A DNA stretch of 64,000 nt. Origin: Cyanobacteria bacterium J06626_4 (GTDB taxonomy: Bacteria; Cyanobacteriota; Cyanobacteriia; Phormidesmidales; Phormidesmidaceae). The stretch covers positions 70,749 to 134,748 of the forward strand of contig JBCBJQ010000005.1 of NCBI GenBank assembly GCA_038523235.1. The letters are read 5' to 3'. This document shows positions 49,083 to 59,388 of the stretch, in pieces; positions within the stretch are counted from its first letter, which is position 1; each line of letters opens with the position of its first letter. The notes under the pieces are model-generated. The model saw nothing but the letters and a program-made list of their open reading frames with translations. It was not told where the DNA came from and searched no databases. Position numbers and translations under genes: made by a program.

Positions 49083-51344
49083 TTACGGTACCACATCATC
49101 CATATAGTCACCCCACACCGCTGCTGCTTGGCCGCTGCTGCCGCTTGTCGGGGTATTGTCGTCATTACCGAGCCAAACCCCCGTCACTAAATCCTGCTGC
49201 GGCACAAAGCCGACAAACCAGAGGTCGCGGTTATCATTTGTGGTGCCGGTTTTGCCCGCTTCGCCCACGCCCAGGTAGGCGTCGCGACCAGTGCCACTCT
49301 GCACCACGCCCTGCATCATGCCAGTGAGGGTTTGGGCGACTTGGGGTAGCAAGACGGGGCGATTGGTGTTGCCCGTTTGGCCAAATTCATACACGACGCG
49401 GCAGCTGTTGGCATCGTTGGGGTCGCTGCAGTCGCTGCTGTCTAACACGCGGCGAATGCCATGGGGCGGGTTCCACACACCGTCATTGGCGATCGCCCCA
49501 AAGGCCCCGGTCAGCTCCAGCGGTGTCACTTCACTTTCGCCCAATACTAGACCGGGGTTGGGCAGCAGATCGCTTTCAATGCCCAAATCTTGAGCCGTTT
49601 TGATCACATCGCTGAGCCCGACATCCTGGGCAATGCGGAGGGCCACCACGTTTTCAGACAAGGCCAGCCCACCATACATATCCAGCGCCCCACCGCCCGA
49701 GCGACAGCCTTCAAAAAATTGACCGTTCCAGTTCAGACCCGAGCAGTCATAGGCTTGACTGGGGGGAATGTCTTCCGTCAACGCCGCCGCATAGGCAAAC
49801 ACCTTAAAGGTTGACCCCGGCTGGCGCAGCGCTTGGGAAGCGCGATCGAACTGGCTAGTTTGATAATCAATGCCGCCCACATAGGCGCGAATTTCGGCGG
49901 TGGGCGTATCGAGGGTGACGATCGCCCCTTGGCTATAGCCCAGCGCCGCGCCGCTGCTGCCCACATTCGCCTGCAGCGTGCGCTCGGCTTCAGCCTGCAT
50001 GGCGAGATCTAGGGTGGCTTCCACAATGAAATTGCCCTCCCGTGCTAGGCCCGTACCCAACACCGATTCCAGCTCGCGAAAAATATAGGTATAGAAGTAG
50101 GGGGCACGAATGCTCTGCAGTTCTTCGCGGGCGCTAGGACTAATTTCGATGCGCGATCGCCGCGCCCGGCGCGCTTCTTCAGCGCTGACCATGCCCAACG
50201 CCGCCATACGATCAAGCACGCGATCGCGATAGGCCACCGCCGCTTCATAGTTCTGCACCGGGTTAAAGGCATTCGGCGCGGGCAAGATTCCCACCAGGGT
50301 GGCCGCCTCCGACAGCGTCAGGTCACTGGCTGACTTGCCAAAATAGAACTGCGATGCGTCTTCAAAGCCATAGAGGTTGCCGCCCAGATACACCCGGTTC
50401 AAATACAGCAGCAGGAGGTCATCTTTGCTGTAAAAGCTTTCCAGCTTCAGGGCCACCACCGCTTCGCGAATCTTGCGCCCCGCCGAATCGTCAGTCCCTA
50501 CATACTCGCGATAAACGCTGCGCGACAGCTGCTGGGTGATGGTGCTGCCCCCTTCACGAATTTCACCGCCGCGAATGTTGGTAATCAGCGCGCGCGTAAT
50601 GCCCAAGGGATCAACGCCCATATGCCAGTAGTAGCGCGTATCTTCTGAGGCCACCACGGCTTTCGGCAAAAAGGCGGAATACTCAGACAGGCGCTTTTTC
50701 TCTTGGTGAGCCTGGGTCGGTTCAGGCCGCAAGGGAATCACCTCACCGCCCTCTTCAGCGTAGATAATCACCGGCCCCTGCACCGATTCAGGAATGGGCC
50801 GCATGGGAATTTTAGGCCACTGTAGCCCGACGATCCAAATGCCTACGAGGGCAGTGATGCCGGTGAAGCCATAGAGGCCGTACCGCAGTCCTCGAAAGTA
50901 CCAGGGGGGCGGGTCGGTATAGCGAATCGTCACGCCATCCGCCAAATCGGCGGGGCCCAGCGTCAGCACATCCCCATGCTGAAACACCCAATAGTTCAGT
51001 CGCTTTTTGCCGCGATAGAGGCCATTGGTAGATTTTTTGTCTTTAATGACGAAGGGTCGACCGGGCCGATTGGGGTCGCGGGTGAGCGAAGCGTGTACCT
51101 GGCTAACGATGGGGCTACCAACCACAATGTCGCTGGTTTGCGAGCTGCGCCCCAGCAGGTAGCGATCGCCCAGCAGCGGAAAGTGCTCCACCTGGCCCTG
51201 ATAGTCCACTTCGAGCAGGGCCGGTTTGGCCCCCGACTTCAGCGCAATTTGGGAGAAGTCAATTTTTTGCTGAACAGCCTGAAAAGCCTGGGTGACATTG
51301 CCCAAGAAAGTGCGTGGCGGGGTCGGCGGCTTAGACGAACTCAT
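49083..51344 (-). CDS. Class A penicillin-binding protein with N-terminal FHA domain
   Basis: FHA GR..SQVH..STNG; transglycosylase EDTRYY, GGSTITQQ; transpeptidase STFK, SEN, KTG. Confidence 0.93.
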   Translation of the reverse strand: MSSSKPPTPPRTFLGNVTQAFQAVQQKIDFSQIALKSGAKPALLEVDYQGQVEHFPLLGDRYLLGRSSQTSDIVVGSPIVSQVHASLTRDPNRPGRPFVIKDKKSTNGLYRGKKRLNYWVFQHGDVLTLGPADLADGVTIRYTDPPPWYFRGLRYGLYGFTGITALVGIWIVGLQWPKIPMRPIPESVQGPVIIYAEEGGEVIPLRPEPTQAHQEKKRLSEYSAFLPKAVVASEDTRYYWHMGVDPLGITRALITNIRGGEIREGGSTITQQLSRSVYREYVGTDDSAGRKIREAVVALKLESFYSKDDLLLLYLNRVYLGGNLYGFEDASQFYFGKSASDLTLSEAATLVGILPAPNAFNPVQNYEAAVAYRDRVLDRMAALGMVSAEEARRARRSRIEISPSAREELQSIRAPYFYTYIFRELESVLGTGLAREGNFIVEATLDLAMQAEAERTLQANVGSSGAALGYSQGAIVTLDTPTAEIRAYVGGIDYQTSQFDRASQALRQPGSTFKVFAYAAALTEDIPPSQAYDCSGLNWNGQFFEGCRSGGGALDMYGGLALSENVVALRIAQDVGLSDVIKTAQDLGIESDLLPNPGLVLGESEVTPLELTGAFGAIANDGVWNPPHGIRRVLDSSDCSDPNDANSCRVVYEFGQTGNTNRPVLLPQVAQTLTGMMQGVVQSGTGRDAYLGVGEAGKTGTTNDNRDLWFVGFVPQQDLVTGVWLGNDDNTPTSGSSGQAAAVWGDYMDDVVP

Positions 51345-51428
51345 ACACACACGATAAAAGAATTCAGCCCTATTCTACTGATCTACACTCGGAGATTCGC
51401 GAGTCCAGGGGCGATCGCAGAAATGTCC

Positions 51429-51956
51429 CTACGAATTTATCTTTTTTCCGCCGGTACCAGACTTGCCGTTGCCGTTGCCGTTGCCCGCATCATCCGCCGA
51501 GGCCCGAAACGCCGCAATCACAAGGCACACAATGCCAATGTTGATGCACACATCGGCCACGTTAAAAATTGGAAAGCGGATCAGGCGAAAATCAAAAAAG
51601 TCCACCACCTCGCCATTCAAAAAGCGATCGATGCCGTTGCCCAATGCGCCACTGAGAATCAGACCATAGCCGACCTGCTCCCACCGGTTGGCCAGCGCCA
51701 CCCACCAGCCCATCACCGCCAGCGCCAGACTCACCAGCAGCGACAGCCAGCGCAGCCATTCCCCATTTTCGCTAAATAGGCTAAAGGCCGCCCCGGTATT
51801 GGTCACATAGGTAAAATGAAACACCCCCGGCCAGAGGGCGATGGTCTCGGGCGGCACGGTCAGTTCAAAGTGATGCACAACCCACTGTTTGGTCAGCTGA
51901 TCCAGCACTAAGCCAATCACTGCCGCCACCCAAAATAATCGATTCTTAAGCCTCAT
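51429..51956 (-). CDS. lspA: Lipoprotein signal peptidase II
   Basis: DQLTK, NTGAAFS, GALGNGIDR, FNVAD; start moved to 51956. Confidence 0.95.
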   Translation of the reverse strand: MRLKNRLFWVAAVIGLVLDQLTKQWVVHHFELTVPPETIALWPGVFHFTYVTNTGAAFSLFSENGEWLRWLSLLVSLALAVMGWWVALANRWEQVGYGLILSGALGNGIDRFLNGEVVDFFDFRLIRFPIFNVADVCINIGIVCLVIAAFRASADDAGNGNGNGKSGTGGKKINS

Positions 51957-51961
51957 AAGCC

Positions 51962-52573
51962 TCAATAAAACAAGAGTTGGCGGAGTAAACGAGCCAGCAC
52001 AGACACGGCACAGACCATAATCAGCTGCCCTGGCAGGGGGGCTAACGAATAGGCCAAGATGGCTTCCCAAGCGGGAAAAGTGACCGCCTCTAGCCAGCCA
52101 CCCACTGACGCGATCGCCAGATACAGCAACCCACAGCCGTGAATGATGCCCAAGCCGCAGACGCTGCTAAAGGCCAGTGTTTCTAGTTTAGGACGTTCTT
52201 GAAAGGCCAGATATCCACAAACCCAGGCGGCGGGAATAAATCCCACCAAATAGCCAAAGCTGGGCTCGCGCAGATACCCCAAGCCGCCGCCCTGGGTAAA
52301 AATCGGCAGGCCAAAAAATTGAAAGAGCAGCAAACCCAGAGTCAGGTAAGCAATTTGGGCCAGCGTCGCCGCGTTTTTGCCGCCCACACAGGCCGTCAGC
52401 AGCACTGCCCCCACCTGAAAACTTACCCCCAGCGAATAGACCTGAACGCCCGTGGCATTCCAGTTCCAAGGGGCATTGGTAATAAACGCCTCAGACCAGG
52501 TTGCGGCGATGGTCAACACCAGCCCGATCAAGGCCCATAAAAGATCCAATGGCGACAACACCCGCGTTCCCAT
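51962..52573 (-). CDS. bioY: Biotin transporter BioY
   Basis: YLTLGL...PIFTQGGGLGYLREPSFGYLVGF; start uncertain. Confidence 0.9.
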   Translation of the reverse strand: MGTRVLSPLDLLWALIGLVLTIAATWSEAFITNAPWNWNATGVQVYSLGVSFQVGAVLLTACVGGKNAATLAQIAYLTLGLLLFQFFGLPIFTQGGGLGYLREPSFGYLVGFIPAAWVCGYLAFQERPKLETLAFSSVCGLGIIHGCGLLYLAIASVGGWLEAVTFPAWEAILAYSLAPLPGQLIMVCAVSVLARLLRQLLFY

Positions 52574-52639
52574 CTGTTTGCTATGAAACGCACATTGTAT
52601 CGTCCTACGCAAAAGGGACTAATCAAAATCACCAGATTT

Positions 52640-53620
52640 TTAGGGCAGCTCAGTCGGAGTTCCTGGGGTGACTGGGTTCGCAGCTTCAGAGCCAGTCGTG
52701 CTGGCGGTGTCGCTGACCGATCGCGGCGCAAAGGGTAGCGTCACATCCATACTGGCCGCCTTGGCCAGAGAGGCAGCGCTCACTGTGCCTTGACCGGTCA
52801 AGTCCGGCAAGGGCAACGCCGTCCCGCAGCGTTTACAAAAGCTCGCATCCGGGTCGTGTAGCGACCAGCCACAGTTAGCACAGGGCACCTGCAACGACTG
52901 CGACGCTTTCAAAATCCGTCGTAGCAAATCACCTAACTGGGTAGGAATCAGGGCAATCCCCGTCAAAATCATCAAAATGGTGCAGAGTCGGCCTGCATCC
53001 GACACCGGCGTAATGTCGCCATAGCCGACAGTGGTCATCGTCACCACCGCAAAATAGGCCGCATCCAAAAATGAGCGAAACGTCTCGGGATGATAGCGCT
53101 GCTCCACCTGAAAGATGATGCCCGCATAGATAAAAATGATGGCAAACAGCGTAAACACAATTCTGATTACGGCGAGCGTGTCGATCGCCGTCAGTCGGCC
53201 CACCACAGCACGATCGCGCAGCAATCGCAGCAGTCGCAAGATGCGCAGCCACCGCAGCAATCGCACAAACCGCGTGTCGATAAACCCCAGCAAAAACGGG
53301 CAGATGGCGACCAAGTCCACTAGACCATAGGGACTCAACACATAGGCCCACCGCCGCTCTGCCGTCCACACGCGCAGCAGATACTCACCCCCAAACAGGC
53401 CTAAAATGCCCCAGTCAACCCAGGTCAGCACCGTGCGCCACGGAGCCGAGATATCGTAGGTTTCAACTACAAAAATGACGGCGGACATTACAATCAGCGT
53501 CGCGATCGCACCCGTCACCCACCCACCCGTTTCCTGATCGGTATCGTCCAGATAGGCCGCGATCGTCGCCTTCAATGTCATGGGCTCTGCGTCATTCCTG
53601 GCTTGATTGTAGGCGGTCAC
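52640..53620 (-). CDS. Voltage-gated K+ channel-type ion transporter
   Basis: S4 RLLRWLRILRLLR; TTVGYGD filter; C-terminal zinc ribbon. Confidence 0.92.
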   Translation of the reverse strand: MTAYNQARNDAEPMTLKATIAAYLDDTDQETGGWVTGAIATLIVMSAVIFVVETYDISAPWRTVLTWVDWGILGLFGGEYLLRVWTAERRWAYVLSPYGLVDLVAICPFLLGFIDTRFVRLLRWLRILRLLRLLRDRAVVGRLTAIDTLAVIRIVFTLFAIIFIYAGIIFQVEQRYHPETFRSFLDAAYFAVVTMTTVGYGDITPVSDAGRLCTILMILTGIALIPTQLGDLLRRILKASQSLQVPCANCGWSLHDPDASFCKRCGTALPLPDLTGQGTVSAASLAKAASMDVTLPFAPRSVSDTASTTGSEAANPVTPGTPTELP

Positions 53621-53770
53621 GGCAGCAAGTCTGACACCGTTTGGAGCAAAGTCAGTGCTAGACTCTCCCGACCCATCTGCCGATACTCAGGTGCAGTGGT
53701 AGAGTCGCAGCCATGGCACACTCCCATTGAGCGTTAGGCGGCAGACAGTGATTGATAGGAGACTCCCCCC

Positions 53771-54190
53771 ATGACTGGAAAAGCGATATTTCATCTGGCC
53801 TATACCGTCCAAGATTTGGCCCAGGCCCGCGCCTTCTACGGTGGGCTCCTCGGTTGCCCAGAAGGTCGCAGTACAGACACCTGGGTAGATTTTGACTTTT
53901 TTGGCCATCAGCTTTCGCTCCATCTCGGCGAACCGACACCCACCCAAAACATCGGCATCGTCGATCATTGCCGCGTACCGATGCCCCATTTCGGCATTCT
54001 CCTCAACCTGTCAGACTGGCAAGCCCTAGCCCAGCAACTCACCGATGCTCACGTTAACTTTGTCATTGCCCCCACGATGCGGTTCGCGGGTGAACCGGGC
54101 GAGCAAGGAACGATGTTTTTTCGCGATCCCTTTGGCAACCCCATTGAAGTCAAAGGCTTTGCTAACGTTGCCAACGTCTACCGCCCATGA
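53771..54190 (+). CDS. VOC/glyoxalase family protein
   Basis: FHLAY, FFGHQLSLH, DPFGNPIEVK. Confidence 0.9.
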   Translation: MTGKAIFHLAYTVQDLAQARAFYGGLLGCPEGRSTDTWVDFDFFGHQLSLHLGEPTPTQNIGIVDHCRVPMPHFGILLNLSDWQALAQQLTDAHVNFVIAPTMRFAGEPGEQGTMFFRDPFGNPIEVKGFANVANVYRP

Positions 54191-55131
54191 AAACGGTCAT
54201 TCCCCTCATTGCCCAGCTCTCCGAGGCCGAAACAGCCGCTTGGCTGGCGGCCCTGAAACCGGCCCTCCCTGCCTGCACCTTCGTGTTAGCTACAGACCTC
54301 AGCGCTGCTCAGCGGGCCACTGTCGAGGTCGCGATCGTCGCAAATCCGGACCCGGCTGACCTCTTGGCACTACCTCGGTTGCGGTGGGTGCAGAGCCTCT
54401 GGGCCGGGGTCGAACGGTTGATCGCGGAAACGGCTGAGGCCGAGTTTGCAATCGTCAAAATGAGCGATCCACAACTCGCCGCTACGATGGCCGAAGCAGT
54501 CCTAGCTTGGACGCTCTATTTGCATCGCGACATGCCCCGTTATCAGGCTCAGCAGAGGGCTCAGATCTGGCAGCAGCATTTTTTGCCGCTGCCATCACAA
54601 AGAACCATTGGCCTTTTGGGACTAGGCGATTTGGGTACACAGGCCGCTGAGCGGCTGGTTCAGCAGGGCTTTACCGTCTATGGCTGGAGCCGTACCCCAC
54701 GCATGATCGCCGAAGTCGAGACGTTTTCTGGTGAGGCGGGGCTCAACGACGTCCTCCAGCAGAGCCAAATTGTGATTTGTCTCTTGCCGCTAACGAAGAC
54801 CACCCACCACCGCTTAAATCATCAGACGCTGGCCCTCTTACCGCCGGGAGCTTCACTGATCAACTTTGCTCGAGGGGCGATCGTCGACACTGCCGCCCTT
54901 GTAGAACATTTGGACTGCGGGCATCTCAGCCACGCCGTCTTGGATGTGTTTGACACTGAACCCTTGCCGCCCCAGAGTCCGCTTTGGCATCATCCCCAGA
55001 TCACGGTGCTGCCTCACATTGCCGCCCCCACAAATAAGCAAACCGCGGTCTTGGTTGCTGCGGACAATATCAACCAATTTCTGAGCAGCGACGAGATTCC
55101 CCCGAGCGTGGATAGAGACCTGGGTTACTAA
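54187..55131 (+). CDS. ghrA: Glyoxylate/hydroxypyruvate reductase A-like 2-hydroxyacid dehydrogenase
   Basis: GLLGLGDLG, INFARG, LDVFDTEPLP, PHIAA. Confidence 0.85.
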   Translation: MKTVIPLIAQLSEAETAAWLAALKPALPACTFVLATDLSAAQRATVEVAIVANPDPADLLALPRLRWVQSLWAGVERLIAETAEAEFAIVKMSDPQLAATMAEAVLAWTLYLHRDMPRYQAQQRAQIWQQHFLPLPSQRTIGLLGLGDLGTQAAERLVQQGFTVYGWSRTPRMIAEVETFSGEAGLNDVLQQSQIVICLLPLTKTTHHRLNHQTLALLPPGASLINFARGAIVDTAALVEHLDCGHLSHAVLDVFDTEPLPPQSPLWHHPQITVLPHIAAPTNKQTAVLVAADNINQFLSSDEIPPSVDRDLGY

Positions 55132-55206
55132 AGCTGGCAAGGGGGTGGCGTATTGTTCGCCCCCACGGGGGATGCTGCCGCTCGATGCCGACTTCAAGAC
55201 AGCCCC

Positions 55207-56100
55207 CTAGGTCTGCCGCTGCAACAATGACGTCGTGGAATACAACAGCAATGCCGTCCAGATACAGCCAAACGTTACCGCATGAGTCGGAGTAAATGGC
55301 TCGCGGTAGAGAAACACCCCCAACATCAGCTGCAAGGACGGTGCTAGATATTGAAAAAATCCCAGCGTCGACAGTCGCAACCGCTTAGCCGCATTGTTAA
55401 ACCACAGCAACGGCATTGAGGTCATCACCCCCGCGCCCATAAACAGCAAACTCAACGGCAGCGTCGTCCCAAAATTCCCCACTCCCGTCGCCTGCCAATA
55501 CCCTACCAACGCCAACGCCACGGGAGTAATCATCAGCGTTTCCATTGCTAGCCCTACCATCGGGGCCACCACCACCACCTTGCGCAACAGTCCGTAGAAG
55601 GCAAAGGTCAAGGCCAATCCCAGAGCAATCCACGGTACCGTGCCCAACTGCCAGACAAAGTAGCTCACGCCCACTGCTGCCAACCCCACCGCTACCTGCT
55701 GGCCTCGGTGCAGTCGTTCTCGCAAAAAAATGAATCCCAGCAGCACGCTCACAAGCGGATTGATGAAATAGCCCAGACTGGTTTCTACCACGCGATCGCT
55801 GTTGACGCCATAGATATAGAGACCCCAGTTGGCGGTGAGCAGGGTGGCCGAGACCAACAGCATCCCCACCCGGCGGGGAGACTTAAGCAATGCTCCGACC
55901 TCTGCCTGCCGCTGCTGAATCAGCAAAATGCCGCTCAAAAACACCAGCGACCAAATCATGCGATGGCTCAGCACTTCCACCGCAGAGCTTTGCTGGAAAA
56001 ACTTCCAGTAAATTGGAAACAGCCCCCAAGCACCGTAGGCAAGCAGAGCATATAGGCTGCCAGCTCGCGCTGACGACGGAGACGGACGCGAATCGCTCAA
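55207..56100 (-). CDS. rarD: EamA-family transporter RarD
   Basis: WGLFPIYWK, SLGYFINPL, GFFQYLAP; start moved to TTG 56100 because the longer ORF runs into the riboswitch. Confidence 0.9.
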   Translation of the reverse strand: MSDSRPSPSSARAGSLYALLAYGAWGLFPIYWKFFQQSSAVEVLSHRMIWSLVFLSGILLIQQRQAEVGALLKSPRRVGMLLVSATLLTANWGLYIYGVNSDRVVETSLGYFINPLVSVLLGFIFLRERLHRGQQVAVGLAAVGVSYFVWQLGTVPWIALGLALTFAFYGLLRKVVVVAPMVGLAMETLMITPVALALVGYWQATGVGNFGTTLPLSLLFMGAGVMTSMPLLWFNNAAKRLRLSTLGFFQYLAPSLQLMLGVFLYREPFTPTHAVTFGCIWTALLLYSTTSLLQRQT

Positions 56101-56194
56101 GCAATCGACACCAATGCGACAAGGCTTTATCCTACAGCGCCTGCGATCGCCGACATTATCCGCCTCCAACCATCCTCCAGATTTTTCTATAGTC

Positions 56195-56400
56195 CCGATG
56201 CCGGTGCGCTGTGGACTCAGCCCCTGAGATAAGATGTCAGAGCAAAAGTAACACCGCTGCCTGGTGGGAAAGTTCGGTGAGTGGGTATGCCACAAATCCG
56301 ACACTGTGCCGCAACTGTAATCGTCAAGCGCTGATCGGTAGGCTTTGAAATTTGCCTACTAATGTCACAGCCTTGACGTCAGTCAGAATGCCACCGGGGG
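56195..56400 (+). ncRNA. Cobalamin (B12) riboswitch
   Basis: GGGAAAGTTCGGTGA...AATCCGACACTGTGCCGCAACTGT...AGTCAGAATGCC (B12 box) directly upstream of cbiX; boundaries approximate. Confidence 0.9.
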
Positions 56401-56449
56401 CTTTACTGTCTACCGCCTGCGATGCACAGGCTTGGAGATCAATAGCGAC

Positions 56450-57478
56450 ATGACGATCGCCCACATTTTGAATCATCCCGGTATCTTTGATACGGCCACC
56501 GCACGCCCGTTCCCTCCCTTGCCGCAACAGCGCCCGCTCTTACTCATTGGTCATGGCAGTCGTGATGCCCAAGGCCGTCAAAACGTCCTTGACTTTGCAG
56601 CGGCTTATCAAGCCTTAGATCGTTCTCGTCCAGTTATTCCCTGCTTTTTAGAGCTGACCGAACCGACCATTCAAGACGGCGTCGATCGCTGTGTTGCGGA
56701 AGGGTTCACTGACATTTCTGCGCTGCCAGTCTTGCTCTTTGCCGCTCGACATAACAAATTTGACGTTACCAACGAGCTTGATCGAGCCCGCGCTCGACAT
56801 CCCCAGGTGACCTTTCATTACGGACGGCATTTTGGCATCACGCCCGAAATTTTGGCGCTGTGGCGCGATCGCCTGACTCAACTCGACCAGCCCGCTCACA
56901 ATCCCACTGACATTCAGCGTCAAGATACCGTCTTGCTCTTTGTCGGGCGGGGAGCCAGTGACCCCGATGCCAATGGTGACGTCTACAAGCTGGCCCGCAT
57001 GGTGTGGGAAGGCAGCGGCTACGACACGGTCGAAACCTGCTTTATCGGCATTGCCCACCCCCGTCTCGAAGAAGGCTTCCGGCGGGCAAGGCTATATCAG
57101 CCTAAACGTATCATCGTGCTGCCGTACTTCCTGTTCACCGGGGTCCTGATGAAGAAGATTCAGGATATTGCGGCTCAGCAACAGGCTCTGTATCCCGAAA
57201 CGGCGGTCATTTGTCTGCCGGAAATGGGCATTCACCAACAGCTCTTAGGAGTCATGCGCCGCCGTGAAATTGAGACGCAGCAAGGGGCTGTTGCAATGAA
57301 CTGTGAGCTGTGCAAGTTTCGCTTAGCGGCCGCGAGTGATGAAGCTATCACCGATCATGGTCACCATCATCATCACGGACACGGTCACAGCCACGATCAT
57401 CATAGTCATGAGCACCCGATGGCAGACCCCTACGCTGAGCCCGCCCAATATCACGAGCGCATCTGGCAGGTACCTTAA
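56450..57478 (+). CDS. cbiX: Sirohydrochlorin cobaltochelatase, long form
   Basis: [26 protein letters not shown], His-rich tail. Confidence 0.93.
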   Translation: MTIAHILNHPGIFDTATARPFPPLPQQRPLLLIGHGSRDAQGRQNVLDFAAAYQALDRSRPVIPCFLELTEPTIQDGVDRCVAEGFTDISALPVLLFAARHNKFDVTNELDRARARHPQVTFHYGRHFGITPEILALWRDRLTQLDQPAHNPTDIQRQDTVLLFVGRGASDPDANGDVYKLARMVWEGSGYDTVETCFIGIAHPRLEEGFRRARLYQPKRIIVLPYFLFTGVLMKKIQDIAAQQQALYPETAVICLPEMGIHQQLLGVMRRREIETQQGAVAMNCELCKFRLAAASDEAITDHGHHHHHGHGHSHDHHSHEHPMADPYAEPAQYHERIWQVP

Positions 57479-57499
57479 GTGATCCAGCAAAAGTCTGAA

Positions 57500-58333
57500 C
57501 TAATCCACCAGTTGTTGCACGTCTTCTACTGGCAAACCAGTAATCTCAGCAATTTGCACAATATCTAAGTTTGCCTGAATGAGCTTTTGAGCGATCGCCT
57601 GGATCTTATTTTCAGCTTGCTGTCGTTCTTGTTCTGCCCGCTGTTGTTCTTGCTCAAAAGCTTCTTGGGGTGTCGATATCCAATGCTCGTTGGTGTCATA
57701 CCAACGTAACCAACTGCGATGAATACCCTGATAGTGCCCCTGCCAAACGCCTAGGCCAAGGTTCAGAGCTGGCACCCAAAATTTCTGATTGTCAATGGTT
57801 TGGGGCTCATATATGCCTTGATTCAACACAAACGCCCGGAACTGATTATCGTAACGGTCAAATAAAAAGTAGTAAGGGACGCGCAAAATATCTTGGTAGA
57901 CCTGCCATTTACCTGGTGCCTGGTTGGGCTGTCGCGATCTCTGACCTAGATCCTCCGCTTCGGTGCCAGGTGATAGCAGTTCAACAACTATGGTCGGACT
58001 CACGCCTTCTTGCCACATCACGTAGCTCAAACGCATGTCGTGATGATCGTATAGCCGGGGTACCCCGAGGGACAAAAACCAATCCGGACGCTTGTGCCAG
58101 AGGGGATGACGAATGTCGTAATACAGATTGAGATCCATCCCTGTAAAAAAATTGTCATCGCGATAGCCGCTGAGGCTTAGAGTCGCACTCAGCAGTTGCG
58201 GTTGCAGGGCATGAAATTCGTCTGGCAAACCCGGTTCATTTGGATCTTCGCTAGGAAGATCATACATAGTGGGTAAGGTTTCTCGCGGCGATCTCGGTGG
58301 GTCGGTTTGTTCAACGCGGGGCCATGAAAACAT
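57500..58333 (-). CDS. Uma2/DUF820 family endonuclease
   Basis: LPTMYDLPSE, RPDWF, VELLSPGT. Confidence 0.9.
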   Translation of the reverse strand: MFSWPRVEQTDPPRSPRETLPTMYDLPSEDPNEPGLPDEFHALQPQLLSATLSLSGYRDDNFFTGMDLNLYYDIRHPLWHKRPDWFLSLGVPRLYDHHDMRLSYVMWQEGVSPTIVVELLSPGTEAEDLGQRSRQPNQAPGKWQVYQDILRVPYYFLFDRYDNQFRAFVLNQGIYEPQTIDNQKFWVPALNLGLGVWQGHYQGIHRSWLRWYDTNEHWISTPQEAFEQEQQRAEQERQQAENKIQAIAQKLIQANLDIVQIAEITGLPVEDVQQLVD

Positions 58334-58561
58334 GATTCGTCCCTATCTCAACGGACGGCATGATACGCCTGGATTTTAACAAACTCCGCATCAGCGTTGA
58401 TGATCCGCCGCCACTGCCGAGATCAGTGCCACCATTTAAAACCCCTTTCAGGAAACGATGCGGGAACTTCTGCGCTTAAATGACTGCCCCAGGGCAGACG
58501 TTTTCTGTACGAGTCTGGCAGTGCCAGACTCGGCGGTCGCGGGACGCTGTTTTTGAGCGAC

Positions 58562-59386
58562 TCATTTGGCCAAGTCATCGATCGCTACCCGATCAACTAA
58601 GGGGCGAAACTGCTCCACCAAATCAGCTCGGTTAGTCACCAAGGTCGGAAACGGACGGCTGCGGTAATTTTCGCCCACTGTCAGGGGAAAGGGGGCGCGA
58701 TCGTCCAGCGCCGTCCAAGTCGCGCCAGCCGCATGCACAATCGGCCAGATACCTGCAATATCCCAGACCTTTGGGGTCGCTTCGACCGCCCCGATCGCAT
58801 AACCGGCCGCCACAATCAGTAAGTTATAAGTCGCGACTCCCAGCATCCGTACCTTGCAGGGAAAGGGTTGCTGCAGCACATCAGTACTGCGAGCACAGAG
58901 GCTAAAGAACTGATTTTTGCCTGGATCATCTGAGCGCACTTGAATCGGCTGGCCATTTAACCAGGCCCCAGTTGGCATCTCTAACCCGCTGTCACTGGGC
59001 CAATAGCCATAGAAATGCTGGTTCAACGTCGGCACGTAAACATATCCGTATACAGGCGTTCCTCGATAGAGCAGCCCCAGCGAAACCGCCCACAGAGGAA
59101 TCCCCTGTGTAAAGTTAGTCGTGCCATCAATGGGATCGACAATCCAGCACCAGTCCGTATCGGGAAAGACATGCAGGGTTTCTTCACTCAGCACCCCGTG
59201 CTCAGGAAAAGCCGATTTAATGGCCGTTCTCAAGCGCTCGTCCGACCACTTATCAAACTCGGTGACGAGGCTACCATCTTGCTTCTCTTCAGCGGTGACG
59301 CGGCCAAACACCTCCAGCAGTTTGGCACCGACTTCAGTGGTGATGGACTGCGAGAAATCGAATACCTGATCCCAAAAAGCATCCAT
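58562..59386 (-). CDS. Inositol monophosphatase family protein
   Basis: LSEE, WIVDPIDGTTNF, WDIAG. Confidence 0.93.
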   Translation of the reverse strand: MDAFWDQVFDFSQSITTEVGAKLLEVFGRVTAEEKQDGSLVTEFDKWSDERLRTAIKSAFPEHGVLSEETLHVFPDTDWCWIVDPIDGTTNFTQGIPLWAVSLGLLYRGTPVYGYVYVPTLNQHFYGYWPSDSGLEMPTGAWLNGQPIQVRSDDPGKNQFFSLCARSTDVLQQPFPCKVRMLGVATYNLLIVAAGYAIGAVEATPKVWDIAGIWPIVHAAGATWTALDDRAPFPLTVGENYRSRPFPTLVTNRADLVEQFRPLVDRVAIDDLAK

Positions 59387-59388
59387 GG

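Noticed and set aside
57500..58333. Uma2 nuclease as a novel defence system
   Set aside because: This is a highly expanded family in cyanobacteria and has no partner genes here.
58510..58532. Palindrome CGAGTCTGGCA-G-TGCCAGACTCG as a terminator
   Set aside because: No U-tract follows the stem on either strand; function unsupported.
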